A DNA stretch of 64,000 bases. Source: Eledone cirrhosa. Its lineage: Eukaryota. A program made the position numbers and the translations under genes. Position 1 is the first letter of the stretch. Each line of letters opens with the position of its first letter. This document shows positions 1 to 14,286 of this stretch, piece by piece. The stretch covers positions 113,212,001 to 113,276,000 of the forward strand of contig OZ024742.1 in NCBI GenBank assembly GCA_964016885.1. The letters are read 5' to 3'. A model generated the notes under the pieces. That model was not told the origin of the DNA. It searched no databases and saw nothing but the letters and a program-made list of their open reading frames with translations.

Positions 1-109
1 CTAAAATATATTTTCCTTTCTTGTGTGTTGCTCTCCCTCTCCTTCTGCTGTCTAATTATTTCATTGCTTTTTTCACATTCTAATAAGGCTTATAGGTTTT
101 TACATTTAA

Positions 110-308
<199 letters not shown>

Positions 309-315
309 CTCTACA

Positions 316-1105
316 TGACTGAATAAAAGAAATGTAATGTGAATGTTTCGAATATTAATAATAATATTCGATTTGTTTGCAATTATTCAAACAGCCTCTT
401 TAATAAGACGTCTGTAGAATGATCACCTCAATTTTGCTCTTGTGTTGGCATGCAAACAACACTGTAGACACTAACATTGCTGGGTGATTACACTTCATCA
501 GTGCAGGTTCCTGCGTTCCTGCCAACTGTCAGAGCTAGTTAAAATATAGATATATTCTGAAATATACAGTGACTGATCGGCCTGATTTGCATACTAGCAG
601 ACTGGCTGATCAATCAGATCTGCATATTAGCAGACCCACTTATCAGCCAGAATTGCATACCAGGAAGTAGACCTGTCAGTTTTATGTATATGAGTAATTA
701 ATGGCCGGTTTTGTTATATTCAAATAACTAACAACTAGTTATTGCTCTACATAGCTGAATGAAATAAATGTAATCTGAGTTTTTCGAATATTAAAAATGC
801 TATTTTTTCGGTTGCTATTATGCAAGCAGCCTCTTTTATAAGCCATGTCAGTAGAATAAGCCCCTTATTCTCGCTATTGCCTTGGCATGCAAACATAACT
901 GCAGGCACTAATGTTTCTGAGCGATTACCCTTCATCAGTGAAGTTTACTGCTTACCTGCAAACTGTCAGAGCTAGTGAAAATATATGATACTTTCTGAAA
1001 TATGCAGTGACTGATCGGCCTGATTCGCATATTATAAGACTGGCTAATCAATCAGATCTGCTTATTAACAAACCCACTAATCAGCCAGATTTGCATATCA
1101 ACATG
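316..1105 (-). repeat. Diverged tandem dimer (~437-bp period) with decayed hammerhead-like motif
   Basis: ttcatcagtg recurs at 494 and 931, and flanking blocks align between the two units. The minus strand at 904-941 reads CTGATGA aggg taat cgct ca GAAA catTA. Each unit has internal ~31-bp subrepeats with GATTTGCATA-like motifs. Confidence 0.7.
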
Positions 1106-1564
1106 AATACAGGTTAGTTGCGGAAAGGTTTTTCTACGCATGTTTTTATTGTGTAATCATGAGGATGCCTTGCCTATAGCCGCACATGTTTTATATTTCA
1201 CCTTTGTCGATGTCCGTGCTGCTGCGTTCAACTTGAACAGGTTCTAGCGTTAGTGCAAGCACTTTATCACAACCCCTCATCTCAAATTGACTCAGTGCTT
1301 CTTAAGATTGATTATTTTTGCTGATTCAGAGATGCAAAACTGCACCTCTAAGAGTGTATGGAGGTGCATTGTTAAGGACATCCCTTTCTATTCTGATGCT
1401 GATGTAATTCTCCTCCAGGCGACACCCTTGATACGCCGGATAGTTTTGTGATCTTTTAAAAAGATAGATCTGGTTATAGATCTGTGATTTAAAATCATTT
1501 TGTGCTGCTCACATATAGATGTAGATTTCCATTTTTATTGTTATAATTATTTTTATTATTACAT

Positions 1565-1625
1565 TCAGTACGGGGATCGATAAAATAAAACACTAGTAAT
1601 GCACTGGGTTTGATTTAATCCAATT
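1565..1625 (+). mobile_element. SINE 3' fragment
   Basis: gggatcgataaaataaaacactagtaatgcactggg matches the core of the other SINE copies in the window. Confidence 0.6.
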
Positions 1626-2185
1626 TCCCCGCTCCCCAAATTGCTGGATTGGTGTCTATTGTAGAAATCATTATTACAGTCAATATGGAAAAATTCACCA
1701 TATTTCTGTTTATTCAATGGTGTGGATAATGTTGCTGCTGTTGTTTGTTTATGGTTGTTGAAGCTGTTGCTATTTTTGTTGTTGATATAGTTTTTATTCA
1801 TTCTATCTTTTCAGCTGTTGTTTTCTATGTTCAACGGAGTCAACGTAGCTTTACACATATACCACACATTACTTAACTCCACAGTTCCCAGCGTTGTCAT
1901 CGCCCTATATCCTATTTTTGAAGATGTTTTACTGACAACAACTGATGACATTTCTCTAGCTGAATATTCCAGTTCCTACACACCCACACGTATATAGGCA
2001 CGTAAGTACATATATAATCACCGTTAATAAATGCAGAGACATAAACGCACATACACGTAAACACAGGAATAGACACACCTAGACGCATACACATATCCGC
2101 ATACACTCAAGCACACACGCACACACAGACACATACAGAGACAGACACACATACACACACATACATATGTATATATAAATATATA

Positions 2186-2231
<46 letters not shown>

Positions 2232-2243
2232 TTTATAGAAGGA

Positions 2244-2285
2244 TCTTCTACAGGACTAGTACTGTTTCATTCAGATGAAATCTTC

Positions 2286-2288
<3 letters not shown>
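2244..2288 (-). ncRNA. Hammerhead ribozyme core, 5' side cut off by (TA)n (PLE pLTR family C)
   Basis: Minus strand: CTGAAGA t ttc atct gaa t GAAA cagtactag TC ctgtagaag. Same family as 16410, 22600 and 37670. Confidence 0.65.
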
Positions 2289-2347
<59 letters not shown>

Positions 2348-2915
2348 ACGTGAGTAAGCCTCACTATGCACACAGCGTCTTAAATACGCACACATTCAGG
2401 AAAATAAATGAAGCCAATGTTTATCACATCTCATGATCTACCTAAAACAATGTATTTTCTGTTGAATCATCTTGAGAGCAGATTGATACACAAGCTTCGT
2501 TGATATTTCTAAGCTAATTCTCTTCTAAACTCGCGTAACAAGACGATACACAACAATAACCTAAATACATGTAAACGAAATTTAATCGTTTTTTCTTCAT
2601 ATATACACTCTGAGAGTGGATCGAGTGCTCATATTGGCACGGCGACCAGCAATTAACTTTTTCGCATCCTAACCCCTATCCCCGCTCATATCGCCACCCC
2701 ACCCACACGCAAACATACACACACATATAGTTGACGCTACCACCTACACTAATAGGACCAACAATACTAAAAGAAAAAAACAAGCTCCCCAAGCAATCAC
2801 TAACACAACGCAACATAGCACCACGCAGATAATACGCAACAATGCTCAATAACAAGCTAACTAAAACAAAGATGAGACCAACCAGTAACATATCAATGAT
2901 GCAATATCCTCGAGG

Positions 2916-3310
2916 AGCAACTGTAGAAGGCCAAAGAATTGGCCACTGGGCGGAGAGTGCCTCATTAGGAATATTGCATACCAGTGCGATGTCAAGGTTG
3001 GGAACAATGAATACACCTGAAACAGTACAACTATATAGGTACAAAGTCAACAACCTTCATGAGGCGACTGTACACCCACAGAAGCTCCTTCAACCACAGA
3101 CCTAAGCATTCCCTAACCAGACTGGCCTATATAATCTGGGAACTCAAGTATAGGAACGTCAAATAAAAGATCAAATGTTTATTAAGGAGGGCATGGCCCA
3201 ACGTTCCACCGAAGATTCCACTGCAGATTATGCCTGGCAGAATCGGCAGAGATTATTAAATTAAAATCGGCTATTAATTTCACATCATAAACACACGAAA
3301 ACAAGAATAC
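2916..3310 (+). pseudogene. Decayed Naiad-type PLE GIY-YIG endonuclease
   Basis: Manual translation gives SNCRRPKNWPLGGECLIRNIAYQC...YIGTKSTTFMRRLYTHRSSF...LAYIIWELK...CRLCLAE, collinear with the EN domains at 25.3 and 49.6 kb. Stops and frameshifts are present. Confidence 0.85.
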
Positions 3311-4259
3311 ATTCTCCGCAATGGTATTCTGAACTTAGACAACGATAGACACAACATCCTAGTAACTACCACAATTATTAACAAATCTCATCAACTTTAT
3401 CATCGTCCTCACTACCATATTTATTCTTGATAATATTATATTGTATTCTTTATCATGCCTCTCATTATTAAACATATCACCATGTATTCACCAATCTTAC
3501 CCAGTCCCTTATTAAACATATCACCATCTATTCACCACTCTTAGCCAGCGCCTAATTATTACACATATCACCATGTAATCACCATTCTTACCCACATCAA
3601 AAAAAACACCGCACCTGAAAGAAGCACACACACACACACACACCACCAGCATTCTATGATTAACCACTATATGTTTTCTCACTTCCTTTTGTATCACCAA
3701 TTTCATCACCGTTATTAATACCGTAACATTTATTTCCCATCATTATCACATTTTCACCCTTCTCTTGTCATATTTATTTTTACAAGCATATATTCCTATA
3801 AGATATTTATCTAGACGGACAGCTAGTACATACACATATACCTAAGTTCGTGTGTATGCATAAGAGTACACGCCTGCAGACGTGTGGGACTATGAGCAGG
3901 CATACATCTGAGTGTGTGCATAATCAGAGATACAGATGTCTGTATGTATATACACATGTGGGTTCGTCTCTGCGTATTATCTGTGTGAGCTTGTGTGCGT
4001 TTACCGGTGTATACGCCAACACATATAGCTAGTGTAGCAACTATTCCATGTATCCATTCACATATATATATATATATATATATGTCTGTATATGTGTGTA
4101 TCTATATTTATGTGTGTACATATATATATATATATATGTTTGTGTCTGTGAGTGTATGTGTGAGTGTGTGTGTGCTTGTGTGTGTGCACATGTTAATTTG
4201 TATTCATTTCCCACACTATACACTGTACCGGTGTGTAGATTAGACAACATAGTGTGGTG

Positions 4260-4303
<44 letters not shown>

Positions 4304-4564
4304 GGAAAAAAAATGAAACGAAGTTTGATTTCCCAATCTTAGTACGGCTGTTACTTAAATATAAGTATGTATACGTACATACATATATGTATACATACGT
4401 ACAGTATTATGTATACATATACATACATACACACATATATATATGTACGTATGGATTCACCAAACATTTATTATAATGCTGGGTGTGTTTGTAAACACAC
4501 ATCCCCTATTAAGCCGCAGTGTCTAGCAACCACCGTTGCTCGTTTGTTCAACACTGACAAAGGA

Positions 4565-4607
4565 ACTCTGTACTAGTGTCAAGCTTGTTAGCTATCGTCA
4601 CCAACGT
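4565..4607 (-). ncRNA. Hammerhead ribozyme, decayed (family A)
   Basis: Same as 5043-5085 but with GTGACGA and GACA core substitutions. Confidence 0.7.
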
Positions 4608-4833
4608 TTACCGTCCTGCCAGATTGTTGAACGTCCGAAAATATATACTTTCCTTATGCATATTAACGGCTGAGTAGCCCAATTTGCATACCGAGTGGGT
4701 TAATCGGCCGGGTGCATCGAGAGCGATAATCGGAAAAAAATGAAACGAAATTTCATTTCCCACTCTAAGTACGGCTGTTACTTAAATATAAGTATGTATA
4801 CGTACTTACATATATGTATATAGGCGTAATTAG

Positions 4834-4894
<61 letters not shown>

Positions 4895-5042
4895 GTACAT
4901 GGACACATATATATATATATATGTACGTATGGATTCACCAAACATTTATGATAATGCTCGCTTTGTTTGTAAACACATATCTCGTACTAAGCCGCAGTGT
5001 CTAGCAGCCACGGTTGCTCGTTCGTTCAACACAGACAAAGGA

Positions 5043-5085
5043 ACGCTGTACTAGTTTCAAGCTTGTTAGCTATCGTCAGCAACGT
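5043..5085 (-). ncRNA. Type I minimal hammerhead ribozyme, intact core (family A)
   Basis: acgttg CTGACGA t agct aaca agct t GAA ACTAGT A cagcgt: 6-bp stem I, stem II, palindromic stem III and a GUA cleavage triplet. Confidence 0.9.
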
Positions 5086-5471
5086 ATACCGTCCTGCCAT
5101 ATTGTTGAACGTCAAAAGTATATACTTTCCTTATGCATATTAATGACTGAGTAGCCCAATTTGCATATCGAGTGTGTTAATCGGCCAGGCGCACCGAACA
5201 CGATAAACAGAAGAAATGAACCGAAATTACATTTCCCACTCTTAGTACGGCTGTTACTTAAATATAAGTATGTATACGTACATACATATATGTATACAGA
5301 CATACATTAGTATGTATATATATATATACATATATGCACACATATATATATGTACGTATGGAATCACCAAACATTTATTATAATGCTCGGTGTGTTTGTA
5401 AACAAACATCTCGTATTAAGCCGCAGTGTCTAGCAACCAGCGTTGCTCGTTTGTTCAACAGTGACAAAGGA

Positions 5472-5514
5472 AGGCTGTACTAGTTTCAAGCTTGTTAGCT
5501 ATCGTCAGCAACGT
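5472..5514 (-). ncRNA. Type I minimal hammerhead ribozyme, intact core (family A)
   Basis: Same core as 5043-5085 with one stem I mismatch. Confidence 0.85.
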
Positions 5515-6224
5515 ATACCTTCCTGCCAGATTGTTGATCGTCCGAAAGTATATACTTCCCTTATGCATATTAAAAGCGGAGTAGCGCAATTTGCATATCG
5601 AGTGGGTTAATCGGCAGGGTGCACCGAAAACGATGAACGGAATAAAATGAAACGAAATTTCGTTTCCTACTCTTAGTACTACTGTTACTTAAATATAAGT
5701 ATGTATACGTACATAGATATATGTATACAAAAGTACAGTAGTATGTATAGATAGAGATACATGCACACATATATATGTGTACGTATGGATTCACCAAACA
5801 TTTATTATAATGCTTGAAACTGGTACAGTGTTCCTTTGTCAGTGTTGACAAACGATCAACGTTGGTTGCTAGACATTGCGGCGTAATACGGGTTGTTTGT
5901 TTACAAACACACCGAGCATTATAATAAATGTTTGCTGAATCCATACGTACATATATATATATATATGTGTGCATGTATGTATATATATATATACATACTA
6001 GTGTACGTTTATATACATATATGTATGTACGTATACATACTTATATTTAAGTAACAGCCGTACTAACAGTGGGAAAGTAAATTACGTTTCATTTTTTTCC
6101 GTTTATCGTTTTCGGTGCACCTGGCCGATTAACCCACTCCATATGCAAATTGGGCTACTCAGCCGTTAATGGGCATAAGGAAAGTATATACTTTCGGACG
6201 ATCAACAATCTGGCAGGAAGGTAT

Positions 6225-6267
6225 ACGTTGCTGACGATAGCTAACAAGCTTGACACTAGTACAGAGT
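6225..6267 (+). ncRNA. Hammerhead ribozyme, GACA variant (family A, inverted arm)
   Basis: acgttg CTGACGA tagctaacaagctt GACA ctag TA cagagt. Confidence 0.75.
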
Positions 6268-6476
6268 TCCTTTGTCAGTGTTGAACAAACGAGCAACGGT
6301 GGTTGCTAGACATTGCGGCGTAATACGGGTTGTTTGTTTACAAACACACCGAGCATTATAATAAATGTTTGGTAAATCCATACGTACATATATATATATG
6401 TGTGTGCATGTATGTACATACATATATATACATACTACTGTACGTATGCATACATATATGTATGTACGTATACATA

Positions 6477-6596
<120 letters not shown>

Positions 6597-7279
6597 TAGA
6601 TAGATATATTATTTTTGTAACGAATTGATTCTTAAATAACAAGAAATTCGTTTCACTAAGCCAGTTTGGTGATAAATATGTTGTCAGGCGTGATATGTAT
6701 TGTGATCATGATGTATGAGGAATTGCTTGATGAAATTTAATTTTCTATGTCACTAATTATCTAACTATATTATCATTATTTAGCACATTCTTTTTCCGCG
6801 TGTCTTCAAAAATGAATTAAATGGGATATTGTGCTCATGCTATGATTAGAAATGTTGGCAATAACTCAGGTACTATATGTAGTATATGTAGTGAGTTTGC
6901 TACTGTTTATTCCAAGTAATGCTGACTATTAATTAATCTAATTTGTATTGTGGTTTTTCATGATTTAGGGTGTTGTTTGCGACTATTTGGACTGCAGCTA
7001 TTTAGTATCGTGAGTGGCAGCAAAGGAATTCTTTATTTTTATTAGGTCAGGTATGTAGAGAAAGATTTCGTAAATGCATTGTGAAATTCATATTAATAGA
7101 TTTAATCAAATATTTCCATCAATGCACGTAATTTTATTAGGATACATTGAGTGCGTGTGAATGTATCCTAACAAAATATATATATATATATATACATATA
7201 TATCACCGCATATATATGTATGGTACTTGTGTTTCTTAGTAGAAAAGACAACGGACATTTGTCCAGAGCTTCAAACATA

Positions 7280-7618
<339 letters not shown>

Positions 7619-8117
7619 GGTCATATGTCGTTTGAGAAATGCATTGTAATTTGTACACACAGAAAGCACATAATATTTAGGAAAATGCTGTACTTCAAGG
7701 TAGAAACACCTCTTCTTTCCTAATGGTAACATTTCATGATTCACGAATCCTTAACAAAAATCGATCTAGGCATTCGATCATCGATCACCAAATATCGATT
7801 TTGGTAAAGTTACGGGAGACGCAAATCGATCATCATCCTATATTACTGTATGTTTTCTGTTAATTCAATATTTGCTCGCACCATTATTTTGATATGATTT
7901 TACTATAATGCACTACATTCTTGTCCGTCAAACATCATATATATTCCTGGTTTGCTGAGAATACCTATGTACATGCATGCCTTCATACATTTGTAAAGGG
8001 ATACATGCATAAATACATACATATATGAATGCACGCTGTCTAGTGTGTGCACACAACGATGTCTGCTCATATATATCTAATATTACATGTATGCATACAC
8101 AAGCACACACACATACC

Positions 8118-8171
<54 letters not shown>

Positions 8172-9114
8172 TGTTTGTGGGATATATATATGTAGTGGTG
8201 TATGTGTTTGTGTGCCTGCGTCTATTTGTGGCGTTGCAGTTTTGTCGATGTATAAATACATATGTACAGACATGCATGCATATATTCAAACGTTGAAGGC
8301 GCCCACGAAAGCAAACGATATGAAACTTATTACAGAAGTATACACCATCATGAATATATATATAAATTCATTTAGATGCTTCCTCTAACACGAATATACA
8401 CAATTTTCTGTTATTCTATCTATACAAGTATATACCTATAATACATTTTCGGCTCTCTCCTTTTTCTTTTCTCTCTCTTTTTCTGTGTCTCTCATTCTAT
8501 CTATATTACTTTCCCTCTTCTATCTATATACGTGTGTGTGCGTGTGCGCGCGTGTGTGGGTGTGTTCGTCTGCGTTTGTGTGTATGTGTTTGTTTGAGAA
8601 TTTGTATGTGTAATTGTGCATGCGTTTATTCTTCCATACTCTTTCTTTGTCGTTCTCAACTTATATTTTCTTTCTTTTTCCATCTCTATTCTTGTCCTTC
8701 TCCTCACTCATCAAACCCCAACTTTGCCATAGTTTTAGGCACGTTGACAACTTCATCTGATTGGCAAACTGACCAACCTGATCAATCAAACCAACTGAAG
8801 TAAGTGAGTGGAGTTTTAGATGAAAAATTGTTTCTATTGAACAGTGTTGTGTGACCTTTGACTAAGCTTAGAGATGGATGGTGTCTTTGAGTAAAAGGCT
8901 TTTGCCATTGTTTACATTCCTGTCTGTCTATCATTCTGTAGTTGCGTAGAATATTTGCTTCTGAATGAAGTGAATAGAAATGTAAGCCGGTCTGTTAAAT
9001 GCATGAAGCAAATAGAACACACCGTTTCACTCGAGAAAAAAAAAAAAATATATATATATATATATATGTATATATACGTGTATATACATACGTATATATA
9101 TATGTATATATGTA

Positions 9115-9181
<67 letters not shown>

Positions 9182-9676
9182 ATGTTGAAAATGTAACACA
9201 CTAGAGAGAGAGAGAGTTCGCCATCAATAAAACAGGGAAAAACCACCATTGTATTGGATCTATAACCTATGAAAGGTAGGGTAGACGCACGATAATTAAA
9301 AAAATATGAATTAAAATGTATATAAATACCTCTATAACTATATAACACACACGTACAAATCCAAAGAGATCTGTTTCGCCAATAAGATGTTGACTGAAAT
9401 GAAATAGCCCATGGTTCATGAGCGTGTGCAAGGCTATACATTTCAGACAACTCTAAGAGAATCTAAAGCGACCATCCCGCTACTAGCGGGAGAGAGATGT
9501 CACAGCGTGTTTAGGGCAGCAAAGCAGGCAGAAATAATAACAGAACACACTAGTGTGTTCTGTTATTATTTCTGCTATTATTATAATTACAACAATATGA
9601 TCCTCCCCAAGTATAACAATGTTTGTTTCGACACACGATTTCATATAAAAAAACCGCGCAAAACAAATTCATCGAC

Positions 9677-9749
<73 letters not shown>

Positions 9750-10199
9750 CAGTTGTTAATCTCTGGGCTGTTGATATTCCCAAATATATGGGTTGGAGAT
9801 ATGTCATTGGGGCTAACAGGTGGTTGGTAGAATATCATGTCATGGTTTGAAAGACGGGGTATGTCCATTAGAATATTGTGAGTAGATTTAAAGCGTTTAC
9901 TAGAAGCTAGATTCAAAATAGTTTTATGACAGCGTGAGTCAGGATATACTCATCTATAAAGTAGAAAAGTGATTTAATAACTGCCTTCTCAATGGTTAAA
10001 GAGGAAATTCATGGTTCCAAACTGCTTTCAGACAAATCAACGCATGGGTGGTTGAAGTGACACATCATTAGTATAATACAATAACGGCTCTGCTGTATAA
10101 AACACTTAATGCTGTTGAGACAAATTTTGTATCAAATTAGATGCCTATAGAAACCAACTACTTTCAAATCATTATCTTTGTTGTGCACTGGCCAGTGCA

Positions 10200-11150
10200 G
10201 AATATGTCATTGCCGTTTGCCCTAGAAGAAGCATGTAGGAATATAGCAGCTCAAACTTCTATTCTCTTGGCAGGATCTGCGCGGATGGATATGCAATTCT
10301 TCACCCACAGATCGGCTTCTAATTGAAACCTGGCAAGATGGATCTCAGTGTAGATGAAGAAAGGGATGTGCTCTGTTTCTTAGGCAAAGCTATCCACAAT
10401 GAATTTGATTATTTTCCATTTTTTGTTAGTTTTAATGGACGTTATGACACCTTGTATATTTCGTAAAGATTTCAATGTTAGTCTATTGGCTACTTTTCAT
10501 TATGCCAGAAGTATTCTTTTGAGGTATTGGCTAATGACATCAATGCCCGGATTTTGTGCACTTGCGTAATAGCTAATTTCAGTGTTGTGTGATAGATAGA
10601 AGTCTCTTTTTAGCTTTTATATGCCAGATTCATCATGGCTAAAAAAGTGTTAATAAAGATAGCGGTCGGTAACTGACACTGATGTTGCCCTAATAGATAA
10701 GGTTATATTCAATATGTTTGTGACATTTACATATGTTATCTTAATCAGTGGATGCATGATGGTTTCCTGAGTTTCGCGGAAAGTATGACCCGACAATATT
10801 GCAGCAGAAAGGTATTGTGCTGTGGATTTAGTACTGGCTTGGAATCCCATTTTTAACAGTGCCTTGACTCCTTGGTTAATGAGTGAAGTGTCACTCTCGC
10901 TTCAGATACAATCTCTTGCTTTAAACATACCGGCAAACTTTAGGATTCTTTGTTCTGCGAGATTTATAATTTGATTTAGTATTTGAAGGGGTGGTGATTC
11001 TATTGTATAATATGTGCTTTCGTGTTGACTGATTTTGCTTGCATGAAATCCAACGTAGCTATTTTGCAGTGTCGTCTCACTGCAGGCAGTACCCCTCTCA
11101 TTGCGAATAGTGGCATTTTGAGGGTATTTTGTGTATGTTGATAGTTCAGG
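10200..11150 (-). pseudogene. Possible highly decayed PLE reverse transcriptase
   Basis: Minus-strand peptides STKSTAQYLSAAILS, ITYVNVTN and LSIRATSVSVT occur in the order expected for PLE RT motifs. The similarity is weak. Confidence 0.3.
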
Positions 11151-12103
11151 GCTTTCAATTTCTGTATGTTTGTAAAAGCAGTCATGGTACTGTGAGGTAT
11201 TTATTTGTATTTAGATGGAGTGTGGGAGGAAGAATGGAATGATTGATCAACAGTTGGGGTGGTTGAAGTGTTAATAGTAGTAGCAGTCGAATAAAATGAT
11301 GATGGTTTTTTGCCTTGAGGTATTCTGAAAAGAGGCTGAATGGGAATGGGAATGGGAATAGTTGTAATGTGAAGAAGAGCTTTTGAGCATGACATAATTA
11401 TTTATAATGTCTCCTATTGTGCTAACATAGAGGAATGACTCTGGCAGATCCAACCTCTTTGTGTTGATGTTGCTGTGGCTATTGTTTTTATTGTGGCTGC
11501 TGTTGTTGGGGGTTCACGCTGTTTCTACGATTGAACAAGAGAAGAAGAAACTACATAGAGATGTTTTTTTAAAAGGATATTGAAGTTATTTAAATGAGAA
11601 CTCAATATATTTCTGTTTGTTTTGTATGTTCTTCTTTGGTCGGTTATTGAACCGCTGGCAATGTAATTCAGGCATGCAGTATCTATGTTTCTTGTTTGAT
11701 AAAAAAAACAAAACCTTGCATTGAGGAGAAGGCTCATTCGTTTCTCAAACCGATTCTTTTGTTGTTATAAATGCGTTGTGGAGTGAACATGATATCTTCT
11801 TGTTCGCACTTTCACTATCTCAGATAATTGTAATGATATTTCGGATGAATATAATGTTTCATAGTGGTAGACTCAGAGGTCCTTACCAATAGGTAGAATA
11901 ATTGCCAACGATTGAAGAGCGATCAAAGCAAACCAAGACGTTAACGCCAATCAGGAAAGTCGCCAATTATTTAAAACCAGAGGAGACAACCTAAAGTGTG
12001 TACCGACATTTACAAAGGTTGAAATTACTGAAACAAAGACAATGATTTCCACTCATTGCATGAGGAGGTGGGAAACGTATTCATCATTATATTATAACGT
12101 TAC

Positions 12104-12225
12104 GGACTGAGTTCAAAACCAGCCGAGGTTAACTTTGCCTTTCATCCTTAAGGGGTCGATAAAATAAAGTACCAGTAATACACTGGGTTAATTGCTGGCC
12201 TTGTGCCAAAAGTAGAAACAATTAT
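12104..12225 (+). mobile_element. tRNA-derived SINE (cephalopod-like), 5' truncated
   Basis: B-box-like gagttcaaaacc followed by aactttgcctttcatcctt..ggggtcgataaaataaagtaccagt...ggccttgtgccaaaagtagaaac. Multiple copies occur in the window. Confidence 0.85.
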
Positions 12226-12617
12226 ATTATAACGTTACTATTAAAAAAACAAAATCGCATCCTGGCCTACGTCCTCGGCAATCTTCCCGATCCCACCTCA
12301 TAGTGGAACGAATTGTTTGTCCTACCGTGCTCTTACAGAATATTGGTTTCATCTACATTATGAGTGGATCTAGGGTATACGTGCATATACATTTATTGTA
12401 CATGCAAGCCGATATCTAGTTGAATTTAAAAATATTAGTATACGCATATTCGACGGGCAAATTCGTCATTAAAAGTGAATTAGTAGAAACCAATTACTGA
12501 TTGGTAAATAAAATGTTAATGGTGTACAAAACATAGTGTTTTAGGATTGCAATATTAGGAAGATTGCCGTTCATTGATCCAAACAAATACCTATACACAA
12601 ACACATACACACAAACA

Positions 12618-12684
<67 letters not shown>

Positions 12685-12957
12685 AATGGAGAATCAAGAT
12701 GTATCTGACGACCTTGTGATTTCAGAGTCAGGTTCGATCATTACATCGATCGTGCCTCGATCTGGTCGCCTGAGAAACGGTTGTAATATGTCTAATACAT
12801 TTATTCGTCGCAGCACTGATTCTCGGTTTCTTATGTGATATCATACTCTGCTCTGTAAGAGCATCAATGCTCAAACGGCGTACTGCTTACAGACGCTTTA
12901 AGCATCCCACACCAATTATATATCTATATCTCTCTCTCTATATATATGTATATATAT

Positions 12958-13130
12958 AACCAAGGAAATGTGGTAAGGAACCAGGTGGACCATAACGCAC
13001 CAAAATACTCAATACTTAGGGTAGTAGAGTGGGTAATAGGAACGAGTTGGGCCCCGACGGCTAATTCTGGACTAAGTCCATAATTAGCCGTCGGGACGGC
13101 TTGAGCTCAGCCGTCGGGGTCCTACTCGTT

Positions 13131-13135
<5 letters not shown>
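12958..13135 (-). mobile_element. PLE pLTR-derived fold-back mini-element (family D)
   Basis: Homologous to 19098, 60125 and 60519. It ends in nested hairpins made of HHR stem II and stem III sequence and lies in (TA)n. Confidence 0.8.
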
Positions 13136-13172
<37 letters not shown>

Positions 13173-13870
13173 GGTGTGGGTGTGTATGTTTGTGTAACTG
13201 TCACACTCATCTTCTAGAGAATAACCTACGGATTGCAATATGACTCTGGGAATCTGAATTGTTGCCGAACAAGTTATTTATATAGTTGTAGATGTATGTT
13301 TTGTAGCTTTGAAATTTGAACATATGTGAAGATATTATGTAAAGATTCCATATGTCTTTATACATTTGATTTGTAGTCATATTCAGTGTATTATAACTAC
13401 TGATATTATTCTAACTATTATTAATATTATCATTAATCCTATCACCGTCATAATGGACGTTATCTGCATCAACATCTTCCAAGCTAACATCAATGTTATT
13501 CTGCTTCTTATCGAAGCGATAACGATTAGAAGACAATCCAATCAGTTTCCTTTATGTCTTGGAATATTTTGGCAAGAGCAAACCCACATTCAACATTTTA
13601 GGAAATAATATATATCTTTCAATGTTCGGTTTAGAATAGAAGACTATTCTCTTGTTGCACTCAAAAACATAGTAATAGACAGTCTTGTCAAACTTTTTGT
13701 TTAGATTTTGGAGTGAAACCAAATATTATGTCATAATGATGAATGGCAGATAAACAAAATGTCAGTTTTGGCGAATCGGCTTTAACGTGTCTATATACAC
13801 AAATTAGTATAGAAATTAAAGATGTATAGATATACATACATAAGTACACATACACACACATACACACACG

Positions 13871-13926
<56 letters not shown>

Positions 13927-14219
13927 GTATATGTGCGTGTGAGTGTGTGTGTGTATGTGAGTGTGTGGGTGGGTGTGTGTCTGTGCGGGTGCGTATGTTC
14001 TTTAGTGTGGGTGTCTGTGTTAATTTATGAGTTTATATAGTTTTAGCGGTATATTTGCCTGAAGCTTTAAACGAAGAGAAAGTGATTTAACTATTTAAAG
14101 ATGTTAAGAACTGTTTTATTAACTTTATATTACTGATACAATATTTAGTGTTAAGATTTTCATATCACATTGGTGTATGTACAGAACACACTCATATACG
14201 CATACACACACAGACACAA

Positions 14220-14286
<67 letters not shown>

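Noticed and set aside
4301-5800. CRISPR-like or snRNA gene array
   Set aside because: There is no short repeat/unique spacer pattern and no recognisable snRNA. The context is eukaryotic.
7758-7835. Cluster of ATCGAT words and a small palindrome
   Set aside because: Too short and not linked to any gene or element, so it cannot be distinguished from chance.
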